Of a stretch of 64,000 nucleotides of DNA, positions 1-14,359 are shown in pieces. The number at the start of each line of letters is the position of its first letter. The stretch's first letter is position 1. The position numbers and the translations under genes were made by a program. Location: positions 6,154,422-6,218,421 of the forward strand of contig NC_092678.1 of the NCBI RefSeq assembly GCF_964355755.1. Direction: 5' to 3'. The notes beneath the pieces are model-generated. The model was not told where the DNA came from and ran no database searches. It saw only the letters and a program-made list of their open reading frames with translations. Source of the stretch: Antedon mediterranea (taxonomy: Eukaryota; Animalia; Echinodermata).

Positions 1-789
1 CCTATTTAATGGGCAAGTGAACAAGTAACGTGGTCACAAGCTTCCATACACATTTACACCAACCTCATGCACTATTTTATAATGTAATACTGTAAGTTAG
101 TTTACTAACTTATAAGTATGTACAGTAATATGTTTAATTGGGCCACCAAAGTACAGTAACCTGTTCTAGCCCGAATGTAATATCTAGTAGTCTCTATCTA
201 TCTATATCTATCTAGAATCTAGAACCAGAGGACAAACTAACACTAACTTCTTTACCACACACATAATAACACAAAATCCTGTACCTATAATATTTTATAG
301 AGTAGGCCTATTTACAGAAGTTTGGGCTACCAAAATTGTATTCGGGCAAGTAAAACCCCTGCTAATATTTAGTGAAAAACCATAGAGACCTGTACCAAGT
401 GTGAAATAAACAACAGTTATGTGATGTTTTGAGAATAGAGGCATGTTTAACTTTCCCTCGGCCTACAAGATTTATTTTCGGAAAAACACTTGAATGAGAA
501 AGAATGTAACTGTATAAACAGAGAAAAAAAAGACAACTGTAACGTTTGTTATTTCTAGAACATGAAACTGATGAAAAATCGTAACCTTGAAACTGCGTTT
601 AACCTGTTTTCCTGTTGGAATGTCGCCCCCTGCTTAACCCCATGAGGGAAGCTTAACAAAAGACCAAAGAGCACATACCAATGTCGTTGTTCATCATAAA
701 AAGAAAATTGGAAACATTGTCATGTACAGTATCAGTGTGCCAAGATCATGGATCTAGTTGTGCTAGGCAGGCCAAGTCCTATCCTAGCC

Positions 790-1010
790 ATAAGACATCA
801 AATACTGCTTCATTCTCACCCAGACCCATCCAAAGAAAACAGAAAAGTTTCTGCTAAAATTCATTAAAAGGCACTATCTTTTTTTATCATATTCTTAAAT
901 AAGATAAAAGATAGCCCTAAGTTTATTTTAAAACATCAAACACTGTTTCATTGTCACCCAAACCCATCCAAAAAAAACCAGAAAAGTTTCTGCTAAAACT
1001 CTTTAAACGC
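790..1010. repeat. Local tandem duplication, 2 x ~120 bp
   Basis: acatcaaa..ctg.ttcatt.tcaccca.acccatccaaa..aaac.agaaaagtttctgctaaaa occurs at ~796 and ~933. Confidence 0.8.
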
Positions 1011-1370
1011 CATTTTCAATTTCTATTTTTTTTTTATAAATGACAATAGAAATTAAACATTAATTAGACAATCTTACTCGCCACCCAATAAAACTTTTTT
1101 CTTTTTTTTTAACATAAGGAAGTTTTTCTTATAATTCAATTGTTTTTGTTATCAATTTTATTATATTTTGCTATAAAGTTGAAGGAAGATATGTAGAAAA
1201 TCATCAATAATCAAATATGTTTGCATACAAGGGTCTTTTTTTTGTTGAAACATACAAGTAGAATGAACAAATCCAAGTAAATTCAATTAATTTTAAACAA
1301 CACAACCAAAAGTGGCCTTTAGTATGTCAGTATTCCCCGACGGTACTGTACTTATTAAATATGGCTTTAC

Positions 1371-1695
1371 CACGTTCTCGTCAGATCACCAAAGTTAAGC
1401 AACGTCGGGCCTGGTTAGAGCTTGGATGGGAGACCATCTGGGAATAGCGGGTACTGTATACGGAGCTGGGGTCCCTTTAGGCACTGCTGACTCTTATGGC
1501 AGCCCCTGCATCTAGTATCTGCCTCAGACCTCTGGTCAAGGTGGGCACTGGATGAGAGAAGCCCTTGATCAATGTCAGGACCAATCAAGGTGATTTAAAC
1601 AGTCCTGGCTTTGTTTGTATCAAACCTGTTAGTGGCGGTAATTATCGCTGTTGGTTTTGATTGAATAAAATAAAAAATAAAAATAAAATAAATAA
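1371..1695 (+). mobile_element. 5S rRNA-derived SINE (SINE3-like), or a 5S pseudogene with body and A-rich tail
   Basis: 1371-1458 closely resembles the 3' ~3/4 of eukaryotic 5S rRNA (ttctcgtcagatc..aagttaagca..gtcgggcctggttagagcttggatgggagacc..ctgggaata.cgggt.ctgta). It is followed by ~200 bp of unrelated body and an (aaata)n tail at 1663-1695. No oligo-T terminator directly after the 5S part. Confidence 0.75.
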
Positions 1696-3134
1696 CATAC
1701 ATTTTGTTATTTTTATTTATTGACTGTTTAATATCATACTATCATACTTTCCCCTTTGGAATTGAAATTGGGTTTGCTTTTGTTTACTTATTTTTTTGGG
1801 GGTTAGGGGGGGGGGAAGAGGGGAGAGTGAGTTGGCATGGGTTCCACATGGAATACAGTAGATATACCATGGAAAAAAAAAAACTTTACATTTTTCCTGG
1901 CAGACCACATAACGATGTGAAAGTGATGTAAAAAGTTGAAAAAAATAAATAAATGTATTTATTTGATTGATATTAATATCAATTTAATATAATTCTATCC
2001 ATCCTGCTTTAATAATTATTATATTTACATGGCCATGAAAAAGAAATTGAAGTCTCCATACATTGCAAGATATACAGTAAACTATAATCTTTTATATAAG
2101 TCTGACTTTATTTTATTAGACTCATTTACTATTATTAACTTCCTATATAGATTTGTTATAAGATATTACACAGATTAAATTGTAATTGACGTGGCCGTCG
2201 CAACCTTGCGTTGTATTCTAGTCAACACTCGTCCGTCCATCCATGCCGACACTTTGACTGCTCTCCACTTCAACTATCAGACATTTCAATTGCACGCTAT
2301 TAAAACTTGCCTAGATATTAATCTCATAGGATTAAACAGAGAAATCTAAAGAATGCATTATGTACTCAACCATTCTATTAAATTTAGTTCTACTCTAAAA
2401 ACTATTGCTGGAATTTATTACACCTAAATAGAATTCTACATTTTTCATGGATCCTCATTCCATAAGACAAGCCTTTAAAACCTGATTATGTACTTAGGAT
2501 TTATTAAACAAATTATTATTCATTCCAAAATTAAAGAATTTTAAACGGTAATAAATCATTTATTATTTGGATGTTAAAAACCGATCATTACATAAAATAA
2601 TAGGGAATTTACTCATCTTGCAGAGAAGTGATGTAATGGGTATCAAAAAGTTGTGGGTTGGTAAAAGAAAATATACTGTAAATGGTTGTTTTGTGTACCC
2701 AGAGTTGGGGATTGTTTTTGACTAAAAATTTGGCTTTAATAAGCTTTAGGCTGGGTGGAAGACTACTGTAAAGGTGTTCGGCCACCTCTACCTAGCACTA
2801 ATTATCTTTAAATAGATTTAATAAGTATAATAAATAATATTTCAAAATGTCTATTCTTTCAAGCAGAATAATTGATATTATGATTCAGAAACAGGGCCTA
2901 TATTACATTTGTAGGAAAGTGTGAAATATATTGATATTTCATTTGAGAAATTTAAACTGTTTTGAGAAAACGTTCTTAAATCAATACATTCTACGAAAAC
3001 ATTTAGTGTCACTGTGTGTCATCCAATGAGTACTGTGTTACTATGGCAACCATCAGTGCTTTAGTATCACATAACGATGTTAATGTACCTGTTTATGTAC
3101 TAATACTATGATATAAATAGAAAAAAAAGCAGTA

Positions 3135-4737
3135 ACTAGACATGTAACTCGTCACTTTGACGAGTTTGGTTATCCGCCGCGCAAGTGGTGCAACATTAAC
3201 ATTAAGGGGATAGGTTGAGGACAAAAGGAAGTGTTCACGTTGGCATTATGACCTGAACTGAAGAATATGATATGTTGTTATTACTGAATTTTATCTATAT
3301 ATAAATTCATATATAGTATACACAGTATAATCTGTATCCATATCACATACAGTGTAGAATATGTGAACTTACGGGACCCGCTATTTATTGCAATTTTTAA
3401 CATGTTGACGGTTTTAAAATGAAACGGGAAGGTAGCAATTCCGAAAGGAAATTATCTCAGCAACAACGTATTAGCGTGTAGAAGAAATTTGAATACGTGA
3501 AATATTGATGCGCGCTCTTTTAAATGTAATGAATTATGACGCAAAAGATGAAAATACGACCTTTTTTATTTAACTGGCCATATGATGACGTCACAACATC
3601 CGATTGGCAACATTTTTACATAATTTCGTATCTACAATCCAATAGCTTCCAGAAAAAGTTTTAATCGTGATTATCAAATTTTATTCTTACGAGCTATAAC
3701 AGATTAAAATTTACTGTAAAGATGAAATTGATGCCACACGTGATTTAAATTTTTAGGCATGATGACGTCAAAAAAATTAAAATATTTTTAACTCATGCGA
3801 AAGATAGTTGATTGACCTAGACAATATCAAAATCGGGGTGAAAATGGAAAACGGATAAGTGGAGATGCGCTCTATTCAATGTGATGAGCTATGACGAAAG
3901 ATACAAAAATCCTAAATTTTATATTCGCGTGGCCATACGATGACGTCACAATGTCCGGTTAGCCATATTAATACCTGATATCCGATATCTACAACTCATC
4001 TACTTCTAGAAAATGTCATCCACAAAAATTTGACCGTCTAGTTTAGAAATTACGACTGTTTAAAAAAAGTCATATTTTAAAGGAATTTTTTAACCTTTTC
4101 ATAAAAAACGCGCGCAAATTGGCCAATTCGACGTGCTCGTATGACGTATCTTTAAGTCAAAATTGTTTAAAATTTGGTAAAATTACTAGAAAAGGCTGAA
4201 AAAACATAAATCACGCGAAAAAAATACGTTTTCAATGCTACGTGCGCACCGCACACGTAAAAATGTGCGCACGCGTGGGAATTTTTGACATGCTTAAAAC
4301 GACATGAAACGCGTAGAAAGTTGATTATAAATTAATTTTGCGCATTTTGAAATTTTAAATGCGCGTGCGCGCGTAACTTTGTGTAAAACTCGCAATTTTT
4401 TTTCAACAGAAAGTTAGCGCATGATATAAATTAAACTTTTGCAAAGTTTCAAGTTGAAATGTTATTTGGTTGTCAAGCTATGTTAAATACGACAAAATCG
4501 TTAAATCGCACGTAAGTCACGTTGCGCAATTGTAAACATCATGAAAAGCTTCGCTGCACATCTTCATGTGCATGACGATATGTTGAAAAAGTTACAAAAT
4601 GTTATGTTTGCAAGTTTTAGAGAAAAGCGTTCCACAAAAATCATACAGAAAGAAAGAAGAGAAATAAAAAGTTGATGTTGATGATTTCGTACAATCACAA
4701 GAGGTTATCCTGCAACTTCGTTGCGGATAACCAATAA
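3135..4737 (-). mobile_element. Non-autonomous Helentron/HINE (DINE-1-like) element in NUAK intron 1
   Basis: 12-bp subterminal inverted repeats ttggttatccgc (3166-3177) / gcggataaccaa (4723-4734); hairpin aactcgtca-ctt-tgacgagtt (3146-3166) next to terminal CTAGT (minus strand); second hairpin 4703-4732; internal ~355-bp diverged duplication (3508 vs 3864). Confidence 0.75.
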
Positions 4738-7700
4738 GGTAGTTGTTCAATATGATGGATGCACTCAATGGGTCTATTTCATTCATAAGTTTGGAATTCC
4801 TTATTTTTTGACAAGAGTCTTTGTACTATCATATCATTGTGCTCTGTTTAACATATAACTATCCACACCCTTCATTCACAAATATTTCAATTTATATTAT
4901 AAATATATTTTAACTCTTTGCATTTGATCGATCCCAGACAAAGGTAGTAAAAGTGTGTTGCAATTTAGTCATGGGTTTTAAATGTATCTATTCAGACAGT
5001 GAAGTACTGTAATAACATGGTATAAATTTAGTCTAATTTGGATAGGATGTATACAGTACTCTATAGCGATTTCAGAAGGGAGGGCCATGCTTTGTTTTTC
5101 TTTTTCTTTGTTTATATATTTAGGAAAATTATTGCCAAGGATAACCATAAGTGAATTAATTCACTATCATTCTTAAAGGTGGAAATCCTGTTCACAAGAC
5201 AAACAAAATAAGTTAACTTATTTCTCCATGATATTATTAAGCAGTATTATTATTGACATATTATTTTAAAGTTTACCTATGCTCCACCTTTTTATTAACA
5301 AAACCATATTATTTTTATTTTTCTAAAAAGAAATAAAGGGGTTTATGAAAATTCTGAAAGAAAGTGATAATTTGTGGTAGATAAAGGAATCATGATGTGG
5401 GAGTTTTGCAATTCATAAACCAAATGAAGAATACAATGTTTACTACTACCTAGACAGATATACACTGTCCTCTTCAGTCATTTTATAGTGATTCCTTTTT
5501 TGTGTATAAAGTTTACTAAAAGGGTGTAATTTACTAAACCTATTTATAGAGTTTTTGTTGTCTTGACCACATAACATACAGTAAATGTATTGATTGTCAT
5601 AATTTGTCTCATTGTACGACAATTACGCATTACCAAAAAAGGGTTAATACCTAATAAATTACAGAATCATCAAATTGTTATTTAAATGAATTAACTATTG
5701 TAATAATAGTTCATTCTTATATAGCGCATTACCTAACATTGTCAGTCACTATTGTAAAAGTGGGCTATTAGTATTACCAAAGAAATTAAATTACAGAATT
5801 GATATTTAAATGAATATAACCAATGTAAAATTTAAGGGTTATTACCGCTATTGTATTGAAATACAGAATCATTCAACTGATATTTAATTGCAAAAAAGAC
5901 TATTGTAATCATATGAGAAATGTATTATACAATTATATGAGATATTGTATCTAAATAAGTTATAACCACAAATGAATAGCAATGGTCTATTATAAACCAA
6001 TGACACATTTTTTAAGGAAAAACCGGTGTCTACAGGTACCTAGGCATAACAACACCTATGTGTAATAATGACGATTCCTTTACGCTAGAACGATTTCTAA
6101 TCATTTGTTATTTTATAACAATTACGATTATTGATATGCACAGTTGGTGTATGGTACGGCAAGGGAACTCCCTTTTCCCAGTCCCCTATAATACGGAAAA
6201 ACACAATGAAAATATTGAATCTGGATCAGACAATTAGTCAGAAGGTTAATCCAATACTGACATAGTAATAATAATATTTCATTGACTGTTTCTTATTAAT
6301 TTGCTGGTCATAGTCGTAGAAACTAAACAACACAACCCTTCAATTAATATGACTCATTGTCTTAAAAATATATTAACTGCAGGTCCTAAGTATTGCACAG
6401 TAAAATATTAAAATATGATTTTAAACATTATTTTCAAAATACAGGAGAGCCTCTATTAAAGTTGACAGTACAAAACATTTTTGTCCCTTTAATAAAGATA
6501 GGGGTTTGCAGTGTAGTAATAAAATACTGTTTTTTCGCGAGAAATTTTCTCCTTAATCAGGATGTCCCTTGAATAGGCGTTGGTAATAGTGTTATAATAC
6601 CGCTCATTCGTGTCAGTGACAGGAAAGAGTGTTCCTTTTAAATAGTGGTGTCCTTTGAAAAGGCGTTAGAGATATTATTAAAACATTAGCCTACATGTGT
6701 TTGACAGGAAAGTGTCAATAGGGATATCCAAAATTAGGGTTCTACTATAAATGACAAAATATGTGCTGTTAACTGTTAGCTTGGTTTACTTTTAGATGTT
6801 TACGTTGGTTAACGTGACAGTTGTATGGTACAGCATGTAATATTTGCATACACCCACTCTACTGTATCTACAGCAACTGTAAACAGTTACCGATTGAATA
6901 TTTTAGCAGCACAATCTTTTAATAGCTTTTAATATTCTAGACTACACAATGTATTCAGTGGGTAACAACAGTATTCCTTTGGAATAAAAATCACAAAAAA
7001 AGTCTCCTATCTAAGTAAACACAATTTAAATGAAATAATTATATTTAGAAAAAATATCTCACTGTGAGCAGGTGTGATTGATGAATATGGCCACAGGTAC
7101 CTTTTTTTTGCAATCCTAATTAGCATAAACACCTGTCATTTTGTACATATATTTAAATAGATTGTTACTTTGCAATCTCAATACAATTTTAACAGTAGCA
7201 GTATTTTTAATAAATGCGTCATATTTGTATTATTAATATTTATTATTTACAGGTTGATTATTACTCATTTTCCTGACCTACATATGTATGCAAATATGTC
7301 AATTAATAAATAAAACATGCATATTCATTAATTAGATTTAACTGAAAGTTAATGAACATTTAACATCGTGGCCATGATAAATAAGTTTTCATTAAATAAA
7401 ATGACAACAGTTGACAAATAACATAATTTTTCTCGCATAGGAAACAAATGCAATGTTGCTGCTTGGTACATCTAATTAGCATATAGTATATAGAACACCT
7501 GTTATGAGAATTTGTACAATATATTAATAGACTATTACCTTGCAACTGCAATAACAAATTATAAATTATATTGTACCTTACATAAAGGCTGTTGCAGATG
7601 AACAACATTTATTTTTTATTTAAAAAAAATGTTAATTAAAAATATTCGCTGTATTTTCAATTAACATTTCTGTTCAATAATATGTTGCAATTAAACTGTG

Positions 7701-7781
7701 TATTGTTTATTATTAATAATAAAATTAATACAACATAGTGTTATTCAGTAATTAATAAAAAGTTTTATTAAGTCTACTTAC

Positions 7782-7970
7782 CAGTTCACCTGTAGCTATT
7801 TCCCTTGCTAACTTTACTTTGCCGTAAGTCCCTTTACCAAGTGTCCTTAAGAATTCAAAACGATGTCTTAGCCTTTGCCTATGCCGAGAAGATTTTGTCC
7901 TAGTTGAGTTATCAACATTTGTGTGGCCTAATAGACCATGTCCATCTAACATTGTATCAAAAGTAGGCAT
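7782..7970 (-). CDS. NUAK1: NUAK family (SNF1/AMPK-related) kinase, first coding exon; gene continues left of the window
   Basis: MPTF...[35 protein letters not shown] matches the NUAK N-terminus ([17 protein letters not shown]); 63 codons end at a phase-0 GTAAGT donor (7776-7781). Confidence 0.88.
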
Positions 7971-8307
7971 TTCCCTTATTAATCCTATGTTGCTTGTAAG
8001 CTAGTCACAACATCCAAAAAAAAGTTGGGAGAGAGAGGTCAAGGAGGAAGACTTTCTTCCTGCGTGGGTAAAGTCCGCCGGTATCAGTGCTCAGTTGCAG
8101 ACTACAACAATTTAAGTTTGCACTTTTGCAGAATTCAATATAAACAGTTTAAATAAATACCATTTGCAAGTTGTTGCTCCGAATAATTTTAAAACATGTT
8201 CACCCGATGCTGTATTGTGGTTAAATAACAAAAATAAAATACCACCGCGACGGTGAATCAAAGTATCATTCTACCTGTTCACGGAAGACTGAGCAGACGA
8301 CGATAAG

Positions 8308-8318
8308 CAGCCAATCAC
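8308..8318. promoter_or_regulatory. Possible CCAAT box upstream of the NUAK 5' UTR
   Basis: agccaatca ~340 bp upstream of the ATG; motif only. Confidence 0.3.
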
Positions 8319-11074
8319 AGACAAGTATACAAACTGAACTAAGTTTGACGTTTGTGGCGCTGTGCTAATAAGCCGAAACTTTATGACACCAACATTACGC
8401 ATAGCTTTTACTATGAATTGTAAAACTAAGTTTTCGATATTAACAATGACAAATCAAACTCATATCTATCTGTTTTATATTTTATATACTATATTTAGTC
8501 ATGTTGAAAAATATGGTTGAAACAGGTGGAAGTTCTACTCTTAATATGGACATAAAATGGACAGTATATGACTACACTGATCTGATCCAAATATAATTTA
8601 ATAATTGGGTGTTCAATTGTTTGCGATATATTACGTGCATTTTCTTAATATGTAAAAATGTACTGTAAATGATTAATACCAAACATTTCACTAATTCGCA
8701 GCAAACGAAAGAGTTAGAAACATACTTAATGTAATTTAATACTAAAATACCTGTATTGTGTGTCCACAACAAAGAAACGAAGTAGGCCGACAGATAATTA
8801 ACGAGTTATGCAAGTTATTTACAATAATCTCTGTTCCGGTGATACAATCGTGAAACAGGTCTATTACATGTTTCATTTTTTTATTGTAAGGTCACGGACA
8901 ATGTTTATAATAAATTAATAACGAACCGGAATATCTATAAACGGAATAATAATTGGAACATCTTTAAATTTGTTCCGGAAGTTCAATTTGAATATTGTCG
9001 GTATTAAAATTCCCCGGATGTTTATTGTGATGTAAGGTAATGTACAGTCAAGGAAAGGGTTATACCGCCTGTCTATTATTGTCTAGTATAATCTGCATGG
9101 AGGAAAAATTTCTCCATGGTATAAATGTTAATTTAACAAACGTCACCTTTCACGAATTATCAATAGGACCTTATAACATCGTCTTGAACAGGTTGTGAAA
9201 AGGGCGTGGTCTTTTTAATATGGAAACTCCCAAAAGAGGGGTCTTAACATTCTGAAATAAACACAAAATATTATATAATAATTATATTACACTCAACACA
9301 TGGTGATAATAAATGAAAGATTAAAATTGCCGATAAAAATATGACCCGCATACCAATCTTACGATGACCTTATCATCCAAGGTAACAAAAAGTGCACGCG
9401 CGGAGGATGCATCACCATGCGCGCAGAGGGGGAGACATAGTAAATTAATAAATGTGCCGAAACATAGTGCTTTCCATCAACGCTGACCAAAATAAACATT
9501 GCAATATTCTAAAAATAACTTATTTGTTGCTGTAAGCGATGATCGAAGATAACTCAAAATATTTCATAAATCATAATCGAATTATGTTAAGATAGTTATG
9601 ATCTAACCACAAGCGGGAATAACGTGGTTCTAATTAGTGACCAGGGGGAGAAACAGTGGGACATATGACCAAACGTCATGGAATAATAACAATGCTATGG
9701 AATATAATTCATTGTCTGTAGGTAAATACATGTAAAACCATTTTTGAAAATAATTAATATGTCCACATCCTTGAGCATTCCATGGAAAGTTAACAATCGG
9801 TATTTTTTTAAATAATTAAATCTGGAATTTGTTTGATATGAATCATACAATTTCAGCAACATTTTTACACCGGGGATATATCGTACGATACCACTTGTTT
9901 AGAACATGGAGCTATTTTTTACAACATTACGTTGTGTGATATTTCTTTGCTCGCGCAAAGTCTATCGAATGCAATTGATGTTTGGAACCAATAAAATGAA
10001 ACAATAGACCAAAATTAATGTATGTTCTTGCACTTGATCTTTCAACAAAATATTGAAGTTGCATTCGCTAGGTTTTGTAAAGGTTTCAATAAAAGCAATG
10101 AAAATGGTTCTTTGTTTTAAAATCCTGTATTAGTTTTATACATTTAGTTTAAGTTTCCTTGTAAACAGGCCTAGTATTTTTAAAAATATTTTTTTTTTCT
10201 GTAACTTTTATTTTACTTACTCTAGACGCACCTTCATTCATAAAATTTTCCACTGTTTTAAAAGTGTAGCTTCCAAATAAATTATTCTTATTACCCATTA
10301 CCAATGCGATTACGGATATAGATTATAACATTCTCCCCATTGCTTAAAAATAGCTCTCTCGGCCTAATGGTCCTAACTCATAAGGAAGTATAACCCACTG
10401 CAACCCCCTACATTCCCCCGGACTTGACACTTCCAAGTAGTCCAGTATAAATCATTATTCCAACCTAAAGGCTAAAGATAACAGGAAAAAGGTATAGAAA
10501 AATATAAAACTTTCCGACCTTATATTTCCCTCGTCCTGCTGACAAAATATAACACAAACACGGATATAAATATAAATCACCCAAAACGATGACGTTTTTA
10601 TTAATCCATATTTAAAGAATAGATAACACCATAAAGCGATTCATTGTATTGCAATCTATTATTTGTTTAAAATAAAAAAGAGATTTACAACTAAGATAAA
10701 AAAGAAACATACACAAAAAAAAAAAACAACAACAGGGGCGTAAATAGTTGGAGATTACCATTTTTTTAATTGCAATTGAAATACAAGATTTACTAAAAAC
10801 TAATTTTAGCGTATAGTACGGTAGACCTCCAGTAGAGGCCCTTCCTTCGAGAAAACCATATTTAGGGGAAATCCCTTATTATGGGGAGACTTTTAAAAAC
10901 GAACGAGGAATAACATTACGCTAAAGTCTTACTCAGGAAGGGGGTGGGTCGAACTCGTATAACTGCACAATGATGGGTTGCGAAAAATTCTAACTGTAAA
11001 TATGAATTATTTCGGCCTACGTAAGGACATTTCAATGTTTTACTATGAGTTTTCTGCACAATTTAACTGCTGTT

Positions 11075-11252
11075 GTGTAGAACTCCCTTTGGGACACCCA
11101 TTATTAAGGTGACATCTCTATACAGGAAAAATCCCTGACTAAGGATTCTTCCTATATTATAAATGATTACATGTTTTAACACTGCAACCAATCCCTATTC
11201 ATGGACACCTCTATTAAAGGGACAATGTCGGGTCCTGAAGAGATTCTACTGT
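11075..11252. mobile_element. CAGT-ended (Tc1/mariner-pogo-like) MITE family copy; relatives near 6440-6748, 12160-12313, 36141-36257, 39100-39206, 41740-41826, 57722-57802, 60138-60290
   Basis: Shared ends tacagtagaacc..gggacac / gtgtccc..aggttctactgta, TA flanks. Confidence 0.55.
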
Positions 11253-14200
11253 ACAATATTTTCAAAATTAGGTAGTAGGCATACGTTGCCAAACGTCACC
11301 CTCTCAGCATTTCTGTTGGGCCACAGTGAACAACCCATAAAAGTACAGAGGGGCAATTTTGATCAAAATGTTGACAGAGACGTGATCGAATCTGTAATAA
11401 TCAAATCATCATCATCGCCGAGATCAGACGAAACAGATTAAAATACAATAGAACTATACGAATTATACAATTTACTATAATTTAATTGAGTTTGATATAA
11501 AACCGTTTAACTCTACGCACGCGAGTAGTCCAGTTTACCTTGAGTATTACATGTAAAAATTCATGAATCATCGTTGTTAAAACCGACATATATGGAAATG
11601 ATGATGTCATATCACTACCGTACTAAATTTGGGCATATCACTACCATATTTGGGCACATCACACTTTTTTTGTCAAATAAAGTTTGATAGTGTAGACAGA
11701 GTTTTAATTTGTTGAAATCTGTTCTTTTTTAAATCAATATGTCTAGCGCAGGCGACTAAACATGTTCAAATAAGCCTACCAATCGGAGTTAATTATGAAA
11801 ATGTTCATGCCAAATCGTGACCTTTTGATGTTGTAGGTAACCTTTAATGGTCTGAGTAGACGGCTATTTATAATCTTATATTCACTTTTTAATAATGTAA
11901 TTCTGATAATTGGAATATGATGAAATAATCATCGTTACAGAAAGAAAGTAATCGTTATATTAGACAAAATTAAGTATTCTAATTGTTATTTCTGAAATAC
12001 AGTAGTTGCAGTTTTATTATCCGGTTATGTAGGCCTATTTGTATATTTTATTTTGAGCATGTATTTTACCTTCAACGTGAGTTGACAAAGTGATGTTAGA
12101 AATGTTAGTTATTAGATTCCACCTGTTATACTTTGTACAACTACAACAATAGAACAGAATAGAACTACGAGGAGGACACTTTCGGAACCGAAACAAGTAC
12201 CCCTTAATAGGGATGTCCCTGGCCTGAATGTGGGTTGGCCGCCGAGTTTAAAACATATATTTTCCCTCTTTCGTTTAGCAGGAAAGTTCCCCCTGAACAG
12301 GGATTCTACTGTACAAACAGGCCTACAAAAAAAGAAACATAGGCCTACAGTAGAGAAATTACGACTAGTCTGGCGATGTGACGTCACTGTTGTTAGGCAT
12401 TTTTTAGAACGCCTTATTATTTTGATATCTTCATAGACCTAGATGTTTAGCCTAGATTTTGTGTTTCTTTTGATCTATTTTGGCAACATTATTTCTCCAT
12501 AACATAATATGTCATTGTTTTTGGTTGTTAAGAGAAATTAAAAAAACAATTTAAACAAATATCATTCCTACCTGTATTGTCACGAACTTGTTTTCTGTCT
12601 GATGTGCTGAGTAATCTAATCCTGTGGATTAACTACGGATTAACATACTTCGTAATCCCATATCAGGTTGCTGCTAGAGGCCAGTCTGTACGGTCATGGT
12701 CACTTTGCTAAACCTGATCCTCTGATCTATTCGGTTTTTAGTCGTAATCGTGACTCTATGATTAATTTATTAAGAATTTAATTCTACCAAGGAATAATTT
12801 AAGCTTATTATTAGCATAATCAAATGTTTAAAAGTGTCAAACGATTAACACCATTATATACCGCATTATGGAATAGTTTACTTTCGTGTCCGTACAAGAT
12901 TCAAGGTAATTTAAGATTTAAAAAAAAAATGTTTGTTTGGTCTCCGTATGAACCAACGAAATATGTTTGATCTATTCCAATGACAATAATTAATGTCTTC
13001 CAGTGACGTCACTCTTACAACACTGTCCTTTCCAATGAAAACATTCTACATAACAAATGTCATTCAGTGTGTTTTGCTTGTTCGAAAAGCAAGCGGCACT
13101 CGTAAAAATACCGACAGACGAATATAAATAAATTATAAATAAATATATAAATAAATATAATAAATAGTATTTTAACATTGCTATTTGCAATTTGATGTTT
13201 TTTTTGGTCTTAATTATGCCAAGCAAACGAATTTCCATTTTAAAGTGAACCAACAGAATGTATTGAATCTTGAATAAAACAAACCAGCTTGTACCACAAT
13301 AATACAACAACAAGTTAGATTTATATTTCAAAAGATTTAGAAAATCAAAATGTTAAATAATTTCCGCAAAGAACAATAAGATGCCACTTGAATACCCAGA
13401 TAAATGACATGTGCTATTGTTTTATTAAGTGGTACTTGTCACTTAAGTTGGTATTTGTCACTTGTTTGCTCTCGCGCCGACAAATCATTCATTAAAACAT
13501 TAAATCAAATCACTACCGGTTTTTACTATACAACCAATGGCTAATTTAAAATAATCTCTTTTTTGACTTTTGTGAGCTATTTCCGATTTGAAAGAAACAA
13601 TGCGGCAAAACTCAGTAGCAATATTGTATTTTGCTGTAGGCCTAGGCCGAAATCCGGAGAAGATGAACGGAGAAGAAGTGGATTAAAGCAGGTTGTTCCG
13701 CGGGTTATTTTGTTGACCCATTTAGAGTATTTAGGCATTTGAAGGTGTATTCATATAAACAACACATTAATTCAATTAAATTCGAGAATGATATGCGGTG
13801 TTTTTAAAACGCGTAAAAACGCTTAATTATTTAATCTATTTTTATTTTGCGAACACTCATCTGCTGAATGAATAACAAAAATAGGAAAAAACTAAATTGT
13901 TTTTCCAGGTATTTGGTTGGCAGATGAATTCGAAGATTACTGAGTGTGAAGTGTGGGAAACCACTCATTAACATAAGTATGTAGGCCTAGTCAATTTTTT
14001 TCTGTAGGTCCTTCCGAAAAAGTAAAATAAAGACGGAAACTTATTAAAACAGGTTGATGACCTATTTAGAGGATTATGGAATGGTTTGTAAGGTAATTAA
14101 TTAATTCCGTCAGGTCAATCATTAATTAACATCCCATGGACTATCTGCATTGAAAATAATTATTTAATTAAGTTTTCAAATATCAATGTGCAATTATAAT

Positions 14201-14359
14201 TTTTTCCCAGGCAGTTGGTTTACAAATTATAACCAAGCATGGTCTACCAATGAAACAAACTAACAAACACAAAAAAACAAACTTATATACAAACAAATAA
14301 CAATGAACTACCACAAACAAAAAGAAAACACAAATAAAGAAACAAACTTAATTATGACA

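Noticed and set aside
1371-1458. Functional 5S rRNA gene
   Set aside because: 5' ~30 nt missing or diverged, many substitutions, no T-run terminator, solitary
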